Shown in pieces: positions 17,269-26,959 of a stretch of DNA of 64,000 bases (position 1 is its first letter; each line of letters opens with the position of its first letter). The position numbers and the translations under genes are program-made. Below the pieces are notes generated by a model. That model made no database searches. It was not told where the DNA came from and saw nothing but the letters and a program-made list of their open reading frames with translations. Source of the stretch: a virus; the IMG/VR virus record IMGVR_UViG_3300044946_000220, positions 38,035-102,034 of that record. One strand, written 5' to 3'.

Positions 17269-17724
17269 ATGCCTACCCGCAATCAGCCGATCTACCAGCA
17301 ACTCGTTGACGCCGTCATTGAGCGAGACGCGTCCTGCGGCGTGCAGTCGCTGCCTAGCGCGCGCGATCTGGCGATCAAAAGCTGCCTTGCGTCTACGGAC
17401 TTCTCGCTGTACTTTGCCTCTTCGGCTGCGGCCAAGTTTGGGGGCGACTACCGAGCTTCGTGCGACGGCCTCAACGTAACTGGCCTTCCTGGCCTTCCTG
17501 TTTCGCGCCACGGCCTTGAGCTGACCGCCCTTGTGCTGGCCGACGTGCGCGCACGCGAGGGCAACGGCTCGCCCGACGGTGGCCACCCTACGTTCAACAT
17601 CGACGACTACCTGACTGATCAACCGCACCTGGTGCCTGATCGTTCTAACTGGCGCAACCCAGACCCAGGCGGCGGCGCTGGCGCGGCACGCCCAGTTGAG
17701 TACGAGTACCGGAAGGCGGCATAG
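17269..17724 (+). CDS. hypothetical protein
   Basis: ORF in operon. Confidence 0.65.
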   Translation: MPTRNQPIYQQLVDAVIERDASCGVQSLPSARDLAIKSCLASTDFSLYFASSAAAKFGGDYRASCDGLNVTGLPGLPVSRHGLELTALVLADVRAREGNGSPDGGHPTFNIDDYLTDQPHLVPDRSNWRNPDPGGGAGAARPVEYEYRKAA

Positions 17725-18359
17725 TGGTTACGGCCGCCAAGCTACCGCATGGGTTCCGGTGCCACAGTTCCCTCGTGCACGGCCTAGAGCTTGTCTTCGG
17801 CGGCCTATACGAAGTGGACATGGAGCCGCACCCCGGCACCGTGCTGGACATCGGCGGCAACGCTGGCGCATTCACGATGTGGGCCCTTGGCCGCTGGCCG
17901 GGCGCGAGGATCACAACGTATGAGCCATCGGCAGCCACGCTGAGGAACCTGTACGAAAACGTAAAACCGGAGACGCGCAACGGCTTAGTCACAATCGTTG
18001 GCAAGGCCGTCACATCATTGCCGGGGCCGTACGCGTTTCTTCACGACGGACGCCAGAACACCGGTGAACGGTCTCTGTATGACATGGGCGACCAGCTTGT
18101 CACTGGCGAAAGTGTTGCCGTGGAGCACCCCGAGGACTTGCCGCAAGCGGACTTCCTCAAGCTGGATTGCGAAGGCGCTGAGCTGGACATACTGACCCAC
18201 TACCCGCTGCTGGACAAGTGCCGCGCCGTCGCGTTGGAGTGGCACATCCCCGAGCAGTTGCCGGACATCATCACGACGCTCGCGAAGGCTGGACTGCGCA
18301 TCTGCGCGCAAGACCGCCAAGAGCGTATGTTGAAATTCAAGCACCACACCGAACTGTGA
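17724..18359 (+). CDS. FkbM-family SAM-dependent methyltransferase
   Basis: VLDIGGNAGAF, YEP, FLKLDCEGAE. Confidence 0.93.
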   Translation: MVTAAKLPHGFRCHSSLVHGLELVFGGLYEVDMEPHPGTVLDIGGNAGAFTMWALGRWPGARITTYEPSAATLRNLYENVKPETRNGLVTIVGKAVTSLPGPYAFLHDGRQNTGERSLYDMGDQLVTGESVAVEHPEDLPQADFLKLDCEGAELDILTHYPLLDKCRAVALEWHIPEQLPDIITTLAKAGLRICAQDRQERMLKFKHHTEL

Positions 18360-18610
18360 TTGTGACAAAGCTTATCTCCGTCACGAACGCGCAGTGGACG
18401 CTGTTGCAGCGTATTGTTCGCGGGATCCGGCTTCCGCTGAAACGGTATAGCCACGTGACGAGCGCGCAGGTCCGCGCCCTTTCGCGCAAGCACTGCATTG
18501 CCCATGTCGGCCATGCCCACTGGGTTATCACCCGCTTCGGCCGCGAGCTAATCGCTGGCAAGGGCAAGGCCCTGTATTCGGATGCGGAGCACGGCGGCAA
18601 GTTCTTCTAG
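18356..18610 (+). CDS. small winged-helix-like protein
   Basis: VTNAQWTLL...WVITRFGRELI. Confidence 0.5.
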   Translation: MIVTKLISVTNAQWTLLQRIVRGIRLPLKRYSHVTSAQVRALSRKHCIAHVGHAHWVITRFGRELIAGKGKALYSDAEHGGKFF

Positions 18611-19021
18611 ATGGCGATCACTTCGACAATTGCGGTTACGGTGGACGTAAACGGTGATGGACAGGTCAGTGGGCCTGAATCCATTGGTACCGTTGCGAAT
18701 CCGGCCAGTCCCGCATCACTGCAGCAATATCAGCTTGTGCTCGGCAACATCGCCCTGGTGCTTCCACTTGGCTTTGCGGTGAACTACCTGATGATCGACG
18801 CGAACACCACGACGTCCGGACAGACCCTTACAATCAAGGGCAACTCAGGAGATGTTGGCGTGACGCTGTCCAGCTCGATGCCGAGCCTGATCCCGGTGTC
18901 CAATGTAAACCCGTTCGTGACGTTTTTCAACCCAGACTTCGACTTCCCAGAGCCAACGCCGGTTGGCCAGGTTTGGCTTGAGGCGACCGGGCCCGGGCTT
19001 CTTGGCGTTGGCTGGTTCTGA
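18611..19021 (+). CDS. putative beta-rich virion protein (paralogue of next gene)
   Basis: KGNSGDVGVTL shared with next ORF; structural-protein-like composition. Confidence 0.6.
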   Translation: MAITSTIAVTVDVNGDGQVSGPESIGTVANPASPASLQQYQLVLGNIALVLPLGFAVNYLMIDANTTTSGQTLTIKGNSGDVGVTLSSSMPSLIPVSNVNPFVTFFNPDFDFPEPTPVGQVWLEATGPGLLGVGWF

Positions 19022-19425
19022 TGTCTCGTTACGCGAATTTGCAAATCAACATCCAGTGCGTTGGCGGCACTGGGCGCCGCGACACGATTTGCCGCACGCC
19101 GCTGGCGTTGGTTTCGCAGACGCTCACCACGAACCCGTCAGCGCTCAGCAGCAACACGCCAAGTGAGCTTTCGTACATTCAATTTCAGGCCGGCTACAAC
19201 ACCGTCGCGCTGCCGAACTCGTTCACGCAGAACTTCCCCATCCTCTACGTCGTCATTGCGCCGCCCACTACGTCCACCAACGGCAAACTGCTGATGGGCA
19301 ACGCCGCTGACGTGGGCGTTAGCCTTGTGCCCAATCTTCCGATGGTGCTGGCCGTTGGGCCACAGGTGACGAGCTTTGGTATTCAAAGCCAATTCAGCGA
19401 GAATTGTGACTGGTGGGTGATCTAA
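19021..19425 (+). CDS. putative beta-rich virion protein (paralogue of previous gene)
   Basis: MGNAADVGVSL. Confidence 0.6.
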   Translation: MSRYANLQINIQCVGGTGRRDTICRTPLALVSQTLTTNPSALSSNTPSELSYIQFQAGYNTVALPNSFTQNFPILYVVIAPPTTSTNGKLLMGNAADVGVSLVPNLPMVLAVGPQVTSFGIQSQFSENCDWWVI

Positions 19426-19643
19426 TGGAAGCCGATGCGCCGTGCCTTAGCTGCATGTCTCTGACTGAGAAGATCAAGAGGCTGGAGCACAACCTGAAGC
19501 GCACGCAGGCCGACTTGGCGCACCAGAAGCACCTCAACAGCGGGCTTCGCGAAGAGCTTACCGAGAATCTGCCCGAGCCGGACACGGTTGCCGAGCCTGT
19601 GGATCCCACGCGCCGCTTCGTTCCGCGTCCGCCACTTTTCTAG
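19425..19643 (+). CDS. small coiled-coil protein
   Basis: TAATG-coupled; CLSC then heptads. Confidence 0.6.
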   Translation: MEADAPCLSCMSLTEKIKRLEHNLKRTQADLAHQKHLNSGLREELTENLPEPDTVAEPVDPTRRFVPRPPLF

Positions 19644-19648
19644 ACACT

Positions 19649-20074
19649 TTGACTCAACTCGACACACTTGAAGGCGTGCTGAAGATCCGCCCCGGGCAAC
19701 CTGGCGATCGAAGCTATGTGCTTAGGAGCTGGATCTCCAGCTTCAACAAGAGCCCACTGGCCAGAGCCCTGGGCGAGAACTACTACAAGGTGTACTCGCC
19801 CGTTGTTGAGCGCCAGTACGCGCGCAGCCAGATCCGCATTGCTTGCATGTCGGACGAGCCTGGGGCAATCGTTGGCTTCGCCGTGCTGGAGCCAGAGCGT
19901 TCCACGGTACATTTCGTGTGCGTTCGCGAGAAGTGGAGACGCAAAGGCGTTGCCTCACTTCTGCTTGCTAACGAGCTAAAGCAAACCGGCATTCAGTACA
20001 CGCACTCCGCGCCACCGTACATTCGCGCGCCTCAGGTGTGGTCGTACATGCCACTATCAGGAGCATTCAGTTGA
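19649..20074 (+). CDS. GNAT-family acetyltransferase
   Basis: IVGFAV...VHFVCVREKWRRKGVASLLL. Confidence 0.88.
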   Translation: MTQLDTLEGVLKIRPGQPGDRSYVLRSWISSFNKSPLARALGENYYKVYSPVVERQYARSQIRIACMSDEPGAIVGFAVLEPERSTVHFVCVREKWRRKGVASLLLANELKQTGIQYTHSAPPYIRAPQVWSYMPLSGAFS

Positions 20075-20087
20075 CAGGAGCAACAGT

Positions 20088-22568
20088 TTGAACTGCAGCG
20101 AAGTCTACCCGAACCTTTGGATCGGCGCCCATCCGCAAACGCTTGGAGGCAGCGTCAGCGAGATCAAGGAGGCCGGCTTTACGCTGCACCTCGATTGTCG
20201 CGGAGAATGTCCGCCAGTAGCCACGGCGCGCACTGAGATTCAGACGGCGTATCTGCCGCTTTGGGACGACGGCTCAACGCCGCTTACGCAGGACGTGATT
20301 GCGCGCGTCCGCCAGGCTGGGAAAAACATAGCCGCATGCGTGCGGGCTGGGCGCAAGACGCTGATCACCTGCATGGGCGGCTTCAACCGAAGTGCGCTTG
20401 TGGCGGCGTTCGCCTTGCACGAGCTTACCGGGAAGTCTGGCGCTGAGGTGACGGAGATCATCCGCGAAGCGCGCGGGCTCCCTACGCCGGAACTTGTCAA
20501 GGCCGCTGGCATCACCCACGATCCGCCGCGCCGTGCACTGAACAATCCACAATTCGTGGCCGCAATCTTGGCGCTAGAGACGAAGACTTACGACGCCGAC
20601 TGCCTCATCTACGACGCGGTTGGTGGGGCGTACACCGCGGCTGACGCCGACGGAAGCTTCGCGCTGGGCGGTAGCGAGCTTGAGGTGACGCAGATTGCGC
20701 GTGCCCTCGCCGCTAAGGGGCACAAGGTTACGGTTGCCACCGGCGCCACTGAGGCGAAGGAAATCGAAGGCGTCCGGTACGTCCCGCTCAAGCAAGCCGT
20801 GGGACAGCGCGTCAAGACTCTGTACGTCCAGCGCCACAGCCCCATGCCACAAGTGGATGCGGATCACACGATCATCCGCTCCACGGACATGAATGAGGCC
20901 GGCTATCGCACCCATGACGCGATTCTGGCAAGCGGCAACGCCGAGCTTCTGTGTGTGAGCAAGTGGCAGGCCGGCCAATTCCAGCATGCCATCCGCCGTG
21001 CCATCGTACCGTCCCCGCTTGGCGCCATGCCGAAGGTCGACAAGGTGCCCGGGCGCTTCGTATTCGCGTCCTCGGCGGCCAAGGGTCTGGAGCCCACGCT
21101 GGGCGTCTGGATGCACATGAAGGCCGCCTACGGCCAGGAGCTGGCGTCCGCAAAGCTGCTTGTCACGGCCCCCAGCTACAAGTTTGGCAGAGCCCCCACG
21201 CTAACGCAGTCCATGAAGGATGCGGGCGTTGAGTACGTGCCGGCCAAGTCGATGGCGCACTACCGCGAACTGATCGCCAGCGCCCGGGGTGTTTTCTACG
21301 CCTGCTGCTACCAGGAAACGGCGTGCATGATTGCCGCCATGTGCGAGCGAAGTCACACACGCTTCCACTTCTGGCCCATGACGGGCCTCGGCGGTGTGCC
21401 GGAGATGCTGACGAACAGTCGCCTCACCGCCGACAGTCAGGACAAGTTTGAGTCCGACTTTATGGCCGCCTGGCGTGAGCCGGACAGAGCCGAGTGGTAT
21501 GCCGCCGGCAAGCTGAAGGATCTCAGCGTGGACGCCGTGCTTCCGATCTGGGAGCACGCCCTCCATTTGGCGGATCACTCCGCGCACGAAGATAAACTGC
21601 CGCTTTACATTGCCGCAGACTCTATGGCGTCACGCCCCGGGATGCCACAACCGTTTATCGCCACGCCGGCCTACGGCGGCATGCTGACGATGCCGTACAC
21701 GACTTCGCTTGTGTCGCTCATGTGCGGCATGCAGAAGCTGGGGCTAGATCCAACCCTCCACCTTCTCGGCAACGAGTCGCTGATCACGCGCGCCCGCAAC
21801 AACTGCGTGGCAGACTTCCTCGCCTCCAGGTGCACGCACCTGTTTTTCATTGACTCTGACATTGGCTTCACGGCACAGCACGCCGTTGACATGATGACGT
21901 CCGGATTGGACGTTGTCTTCGGTGCGTACCCCAAGAAGTCCATCGAGTGGAACAACGTGCTTCGCGCGGCGCAGGAAGGCATCGCGAAGACGCCCGAAGA
22001 CTTGGCACAGTACATGGCCGGGTTCGCGCTGAACTTCACCGAGGACTCCGTCAAGACCGGCGAGTTCAAGGTGTTGGAGCGTGGCGGCCTGGCGTTCATG
22101 CCCGTCAAGGAAGCCTCCACCGGCTTCTGCTGCATTTCGCGCGCGGCGATTGAGCGCATGATTGAGGCGTATGGCAGCGAGCTTGAGTACGTCAGCGATT
22201 CCAACCTGGGATACGGCGAGAAGCGCTACGCCCTGTTTGATTGCCCCATCTGCCCAGAAGGCGACAGCGACGCGCCACTGATTGCGTTGCGCAAGGCAGC
22301 AAAGGCATACGCGATCAGTAGAGATGACGTCACCTCCAACGCCGTGCTGGATGCGGCAAGTGCGTTTGCGACGGCGACAGCTGCTGGCGCATCTCGCTAC
22401 TTATCAGAGGATTACGGATTCTCGCGTCGGTGGGCTAGCCTTGGCGGCGAAGTGTATGTCTACGTTGGGGCGGCGCTAACGCACACCGGTACGCACACCT
22501 TCTACGGCGACTTCCGAAAGATGTTCACCGCAAGTGTGGATGACGCCTCAACTTACACAGCTCCTTAG
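20088..22568 (+). CDS. fusion: dual-specificity phosphatase + GT-B glycosyltransferase + GT-A glycosyltransferase
   Basis: CMGGFNRS (CX5R); GGSELEV...ALAAKGHKVTV and YQETACM; ESLITRARN, FFIDSDIGF (DxD), YLSEDYGFS. Confidence 0.88.
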   Translation: MNCSEVYPNLWIGAHPQTLGGSVSEIKEAGFTLHLDCRGECPPVATARTEIQTAYLPLWDDGSTPLTQDVIARVRQAGKNIAACVRAGRKTLITCMGGFNRSALVAAFALHELTGKSGAEVTEIIREARGLPTPELVKAAGITHDPPRRALNNPQFVAAILALETKTYDADCLIYDAVGGAYTAADADGSFALGGSELEVTQIARALAAKGHKVTVATGATEAKEIEGVRYVPLKQAVGQRVKTLYVQRHSPMPQVDADHTIIRSTDMNEAGYRTHDAILASGNAELLCVSKWQAGQFQHAIRRAIVPSPLGAMPKVDKVPGRFVFASSAAKGLEPTLGVWMHMKAAYGQELASAKLLVTAPSYKFGRAPTLTQSMKDAGVEYVPAKSMAHYRELIASARGVFYACCYQETACMIAAMCERSHTRFHFWPMTGLGGVPEMLTNSRLTADSQDKFESDFMAAWREPDRAEWYAAGKLKDLSVDAVLPIWEHALHLADHSAHEDKLPLYIAADSMASRPGMPQPFIATPAYGGMLTMPYTTSLVSLMCGMQKLGLDPTLHLLGNESLITRARNNCVADFLASRCTHLFFIDSDIGFTAQHAVDMMTSGLDVVFGAYPKKSIEWNNVLRAAQEGIAKTPEDLAQYMAGFALNFTEDSVKTGEFKVLERGGLAFMPVKEASTGFCCISRAAIERMIEAYGSELEYVSDSNLGYGEKRYALFDCPICPEGDSDAPLIALRKAAKAYAISRDDVTSNAVLDAASAFATATAAGASRYLSEDYGFSRRWASLGGEVYVYVGAALTHTGTHTFYGDFRKMFTASVDDASTYTAP

Positions 22569-22576
22569 GATTCAAT

Positions 22577-22825
22577 ATGCCCGCAGTCAAACCCAAAAAA
22601 GACGTTGACTATACCGACACAGGCCTCCCGCCGCAGACTGACGATAAGGGCAAGCGCAAGCTGAGCCCCAGCGTGCAGAAACAGGTGAAGGCGGCCACCG
22701 GTGAACTGCCGAATTCGGTCGGTCAGCCCAAGGTTACTGGCGACGTCGAAGATGAGGCGTTCAAGAAGGCATACGAGCGCATTGAGCAGCTGAAGAAAGA
22801 CAAGTCTGGCGAGCAGTATTTCTGA
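22577..22825 (+). CDS. small hydrophilic protein
   Basis: AGGA RBS; ends GEQYF. Confidence 0.65.
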   Translation: MPAVKPKKDVDYTDTGLPPQTDDKGKRKLSPSVQKQVKAATGELPNSVGQPKVTGDVEDEAFKKAYERIEQLKKDKSGEQYF

Positions 22826-22843
22826 TCAGACTAACGCGTCCAG

Positions 22844-23101
22844 TTGGGCGTAAAGAAAGCGATTGATAACATGGGAGCACCCAGCGTTGCGAAGCCGTCC
22901 GGTCAGCCGGACTTCAAAGAACCCAAGGTCAAGGTTGGACCGCAGTCCCCTGGCACGAAGGTGCCCAAGAGTGGCACTAATGATTTTGAGGCTGGCGGTG
23001 GCAAGAAGCAAGTCGGCTCGGCTGGCGGAGACGCCAGTGACGCGACTGATGCGTACAAGCACGAGCGTCAGGCGCAGGAAACAGGGGACTCATATTTCTG
23101 A
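22844..23101 (+). CDS. small hydrophilic protein
   Basis: Ends GDSYF; TGATG-coupled to next gene. Confidence 0.6.
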   Translation: MGVKKAIDNMGAPSVAKPSGQPDFKEPKVKVGPQSPGTKVPKSGTNDFEAGGGKKQVGSAGGDASDATDAYKHERQAQETGDSYF

Positions 23102-23262
23102 TGCCGCTCAAGAATGGCTCTGATCCGGATACGGTCAGAAAGAACATCAAAGAGATGCGGTCTGCCGGCCACCCTCTTGACCAAAGCATTGCGGCGGCGC
23201 TGCGACAGGCGCGCGAAGATCACAACAAAGACAAGAAGAAAAAGAAGAAGGACGACAAGTGA
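23101..23262 (+). CDS. conserved small basic phage protein (MPLKNGSDPDTVRKNIKEMRSAGHPLDQSIAAALRQAR...)
   Basis: Hand-translated 53 aa; resembles the MPLKKG..NI.E...G.P..QA.AIAL type seen near head genes. Confidence 0.75.
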   Translation: MPLKNGSDPDTVRKNIKEMRSAGHPLDQSIAAALRQAREDHNKDKKKKKKDDK

Positions 23263-23591
23263 CCACAGGCGAACGGCACGTTTTCGACGACATTCAGGCC
23301 ATCAGCGACGTTACCATCGCAGAGATGCTTGACCCCGAAAAGAACACCAAGGGCGGGCTCATTCTGCCAGACACGGTGGCGAAGTCTCCGATCTGGTGGA
23401 AGGTGATCAGCGTTGGACCCAAGGTAACAGACGTGAAGGTGGGGCAGCGAATCCTGTTCTCCGCCAACGTGCCTCGCATTGAGCACGAAGGGCGCACCAT
23501 CATCTCGCTCAAGCCGGATCACATCATCGGCACGCTTCCTCCGCCCAAAGAGGCGGTTGTAGAGCGCGTGTTCGATCCTACTCGATACTAA
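23259..23591 (+). CDS. groES: GroES-like co-chaperonin
   Basis: TKGGLILPDT mobile loop, VISVGP, VKVGQRILF. Confidence 0.88.
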   Translation: MTTGERHVFDDIQAISDVTIAEMLDPEKNTKGGLILPDTVAKSPIWWKVISVGPKVTDVKVGQRILFSANVPRIEHEGRTIISLKPDHIIGTLPPPKEAVVERVFDPTRY

Positions 23592-23642
23592 TACAGGCGA
23601 ACGAATCCAGGCCAGGCGCCGCTTTGCACAGGTGATTGATAA

Positions 23643-24032
23643 GTGTCAGACCACAAAGAATCTCGACTTACCCGCATCAGCTTCCCGGCTCAAGACGCGG
23701 TTTCCCTTTTCTTCCAGCCGACGTCTTCGGCAGCCACGGGATGGGATCCGGTTTACGAGGCGGACGCGTGTGGATCTCCAGGCAAGAAGGCATGGGAGAT
23801 GTGGCTCTTTGAGAGCAGTCCCGGCGTGGGATACGTAAAGGTATATCACAAGGATAGGCCCACTGGTGCCGTCAAGGTGCCGCTGTCGTCGATCAAGTCC
23901 TATGAGGAACGTTGGGCTGAAGAGCCATACAAGTCCCTTTTGCTTCGCGAGGCCGCTGCCGCCAAGGCCGGCAAAGAGGCCAGGGAAGCGGCGGCGCTGA
24001 CTGAGGCGGACAAGGCTACTGCCAAGAAGTAA
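23643..24032 (+). CDS. hypothetical protein
   Basis: AGGTGA RBS, GTG start. Confidence 0.6.
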   Translation: MSDHKESRLTRISFPAQDAVSLFFQPTSSAATGWDPVYEADACGSPGKKAWEMWLFESSPGVGYVKVYHKDRPTGAVKVPLSSIKSYEERWAEEPYKSLLLREAAAAKAGKEAREAAALTEADKATAKK

Positions 24033-24041
24033 CGGTGTGAC

Positions 24042-24656
24042 GTGGGGCATCTTGTCGAAATAAGGCACGGTCATACGGCTTTGAACGCCGGTGGTGAGAG
24101 TGCCGAAAAAATACGTGGGTGGGCAGATGTGCCACTTGACGTAGAAGGCCGTAACGAAGCGACCAGACTTGCTCACCGTTTTGCCAAAGACAAGGTCGTA
24201 GAGATCTACTGCAGTCCTCTTGATCGTGCACAAGAAACCGCACGCGCAATCGCCAAGTCAACCGGCGCTCCGCTGCACATAAACTTCGCGCTTATGCCGT
24301 GGCATCTGGGCTACATGACTGGCGAGCCCGTAAAGAGCGTCTTACCGATCATGAACTACCACGTGGAGCATGAGGATGAACCCGTGCGCGGAGGAGAGCC
24401 GTTCTCCGTGTACCGAAAGCGCTTCCTCGGCTTCTTGAAGCGCAAAGCGGAAGAGTCGAGTCAACTGTACGACGGCAACTTCATCCTGCTTGTCACGCAT
24501 TCTCGAGGGCTTCAGATCACTAAGTCGTGGCTGAAGGCCGGATCGCCGGATGACCTGTCAATATCGGTCCCCAGGATGCTCGATTACAAAGACGAGACCA
24601 AAACTGGCGGCGAGCTGAGTCTATACGTCAAGTCTGGCAGGGCTGAGTCGGCATGA
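24042..24656 (+). CDS. histidine phosphatase (phosphoglycerate mutase-like)
   Basis: IRHGHT, SPLDRAQETA, GGEP, LLVTHS. Confidence 0.92.
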   Translation: MGHLVEIRHGHTALNAGGESAEKIRGWADVPLDVEGRNEATRLAHRFAKDKVVEIYCSPLDRAQETARAIAKSTGAPLHINFALMPWHLGYMTGEPVKSVLPIMNYHVEHEDEPVRGGEPFSVYRKRFLGFLKRKAEESSQLYDGNFILLVTHSRGLQITKSWLKAGSPDDLSISVPRMLDYKDETKTGGELSLYVKSGRAESA

Positions 24657-24931
24657 ATGTGAACGACTTGGTAGCGTTAGCAGATCTCTCCGGGGTCATG
24701 CGAAGCAACGGCATTCGCCGCGCTTGCTTTGCGACAGATGGCAGCGTTTCTGAGTGTGAGCTGGATCCGAAGTATGAGCCGCCGCCAGAGCCCGAGCGGG
24801 CGTTGACCCCTGAAGAGCAGGCGGTCGCCAAGGTGGAGCGAATGAAAGCCGCCGAGCGACAGAAACGAATTGACGACGCCCTGATGTTTGCTGCCGCAGA
24901 GGGGTTCCCAAGGGAGCTTATTGAGTCATAA
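24653..24931 (+). CDS. hypothetical protein upstream of portal
   Basis: ATGA-coupled. Confidence 0.65.
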   Translation: MNVNDLVALADLSGVMRSNGIRRACFATDGSVSECELDPKYEPPPEPERALTPEEQAVAKVERMKAAERQKRIDDALMFAAAEGFPRELIES

Positions 24932-25114
24932 TATGAGCCATAGAGTGGCCCGCAAAACTGCACACCCGGCATAGCGTCAGTAGTCGAATACACTCCTTCT
25001 AACGACTCCAGGGATCTTCGCTGGTGGGGCCGCGATGTCAAGGACGCCGAACGGTACACTAAGCTGATCGGGGCCGTCTCGCGGATCCGACAGAATCAGG
25101 TCGGCCGCAAGGAG

Positions 25115-26959
25115 ATGGATCTGCGCAACATGCGCCTGTACGGCAACGCGCCGACTATGGGCCTTGGGCTGATGAACTACTCGCGCTCCAGCGTGTTCGG
25201 CGAGTCTAAGGTTGGCCTCAACGTAGTCAAGAATTGCAGCGACGCCTTCGTTGCCAAGATTACGAAAGACAAGCCCAAGGTAACGTTCGTCACTAGTGGC
25301 GGAGACTGGGACCTACAGAACCGCGCGCGCGAGCTGGAGAAGTTCGTTGACGGCCAGTTCTACGAGCTTGACATCTACACCCAGTTCACGCGCTCCGTAC
25401 TGGATTCGTGCATATGGGGTACCGGATTCCTCAAGTTCTACATTGCCGGTGAAGGCAAGGAAACGCGGCTCAAGTGCAACCGAGTCTTCCCGTGGGAGAT
25501 GACGGTTGACGATCAGGAGGGCCTCTACGGAGAGCCGCGCAACCTGTATCAGTCCCGCTGGATTGACAGGCTGGTTGTGCTGGCCACGTACGGGGCGGAT
25601 GACGAGGAGTTGGCCAAGAAGATTCGTGCGGCCAAGCGCGACACGGACGAAACGGACGGCATCGGCTACAACGCCACGGCCGATCAGCTTCTCGTGCGCG
25701 AGGCGTGGCACTTACCTAGCAAGTCCGGCGACACGGACGCGGCCACCACGGACGGCAGACACACGATCGCCATTGAGAACGCAACGCTCTTCGATGAGCC
25801 GTATCTCTGCGACCATTACCCATTCGTCATCTACCGGCGCCTATACCCGCCCACTGGCTTCTGGGGCGTGGGGCTAGCCGAGGAGCTTACGGGACTTCAG
25901 ATTGAGCTGAACGTCCTCATGCAGAAGGTGCAGCGGTCGTTCCACCTGCTCGGCTTTGGCCACTGGTTCGTTGAGAACTCAAGCAAGGTCAATACGCAGA
26001 AGCTGGACAACGACATCTCGATCGTCCGCTTCACCGGCACTCAACCGAAGATTGAGGCTGCAGACCCCATTTCTGAGCAGATATTCCAGCATATCGATCG
26101 CATCAAAGCCAACTGCTACGAGATCACCGGCATCAGTCAGCTTGAGGCGCAAAGCCAAAAGCCGAAGGGCCTCGACAGCGGCAAGGCGATTGACTCGTAC
26201 CTGGACATCACAACGGAGCGGTTCAACGTCTCACTGCGCATCTTCCAGGACTGCTTCCTACAGGCCGCAAAGCTTGTGCTGGAGTTGTCACGCGTCATAA
26301 CCGACAAGTACAATCCAGACTTCGACGTCATGGCGCCAGACAAGGGTGGCCGCGCATCTCACGTTCACTTCAAGAAGAACGAGCTGCGTGACGACGAGTA
26401 CCTGCTCCAACTGTTCCTGACGAACAAGCTGTCCGATGAACCCGCGGAACGCATGGCGCAAGTACAGTCCATGGCGGAAGCCGGCTGGATTGACGCACAA
26501 GACGCAAAGAGGCTGCTTGACTTCCCGGATCTTGAGAGAGCGGCTGACCTAGATAACGCCTCGTACGATTGCGTAGAGCAATGTGTGTCGATCATGTTGA
26601 AAGAGGGTCGATACAAAACTCCGCAACCGTTTCTAAACTTGGCGCAGGGTATGCGTCAAGTCCAGCAACACCTGATAAAGGGGTGGATCGACAACGTCCC
26701 GGAAGACCGACTCGCCTTGCTGAGAAACTGGATCTTGGATGCGCAGGAACTAATGACCAGAGCGTTGCCAGCTCCACCGGTACCGTCTATGCCGGGGCTT
26801 GATCCGTCTATGCCTGGCGCCCCCGGCGGCGTCCAGCCAGGCTTGCCCGGCACTATGCAGTACGCGCCCGCGCCAGTAGCTCCCGCGCCTCAGATGGGCC
26901 CTCCAGCGCTGCCGACGGTGTCTATGCCTTCGCCGGCCGCTCCGCAGTTGCCCGCATGA
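25115..26959 (+). CDS. portal protein (true start probably further upstream; frame open from 24944)
   Basis: Size and position before scaffold/capsid; LNVVKNCSDAFVAKI, FWGVGLAEEL, YEITGISQL; Pro-rich tail. Confidence 0.85.
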   Translation: MDLRNMRLYGNAPTMGLGLMNYSRSSVFGESKVGLNVVKNCSDAFVAKITKDKPKVTFVTSGGDWDLQNRARELEKFVDGQFYELDIYTQFTRSVLDSCIWGTGFLKFYIAGEGKETRLKCNRVFPWEMTVDDQEGLYGEPRNLYQSRWIDRLVVLATYGADDEELAKKIRAAKRDTDETDGIGYNATADQLLVREAWHLPSKSGDTDAATTDGRHTIAIENATLFDEPYLCDHYPFVIYRRLYPPTGFWGVGLAEELTGLQIELNVLMQKVQRSFHLLGFGHWFVENSSKVNTQKLDNDISIVRFTGTQPKIEAADPISEQIFQHIDRIKANCYEITGISQLEAQSQKPKGLDSGKAIDSYLDITTERFNVSLRIFQDCFLQAAKLVLELSRVITDKYNPDFDVMAPDKGGRASHVHFKKNELRDDEYLLQLFLTNKLSDEPAERMAQVQSMAEAGWIDAQDAKRLLDFPDLERAADLDNASYDCVEQCVSIMLKEGRYKTPQPFLNLAQGMRQVQQHLIKGWIDNVPEDRLALLRNWILDAQELMTRALPAPPVPSMPGLDPSMPGAPGGVQPGLPGTMQYAPAPVAPAPQMGPPALPTVSMPSPAAPQLPA

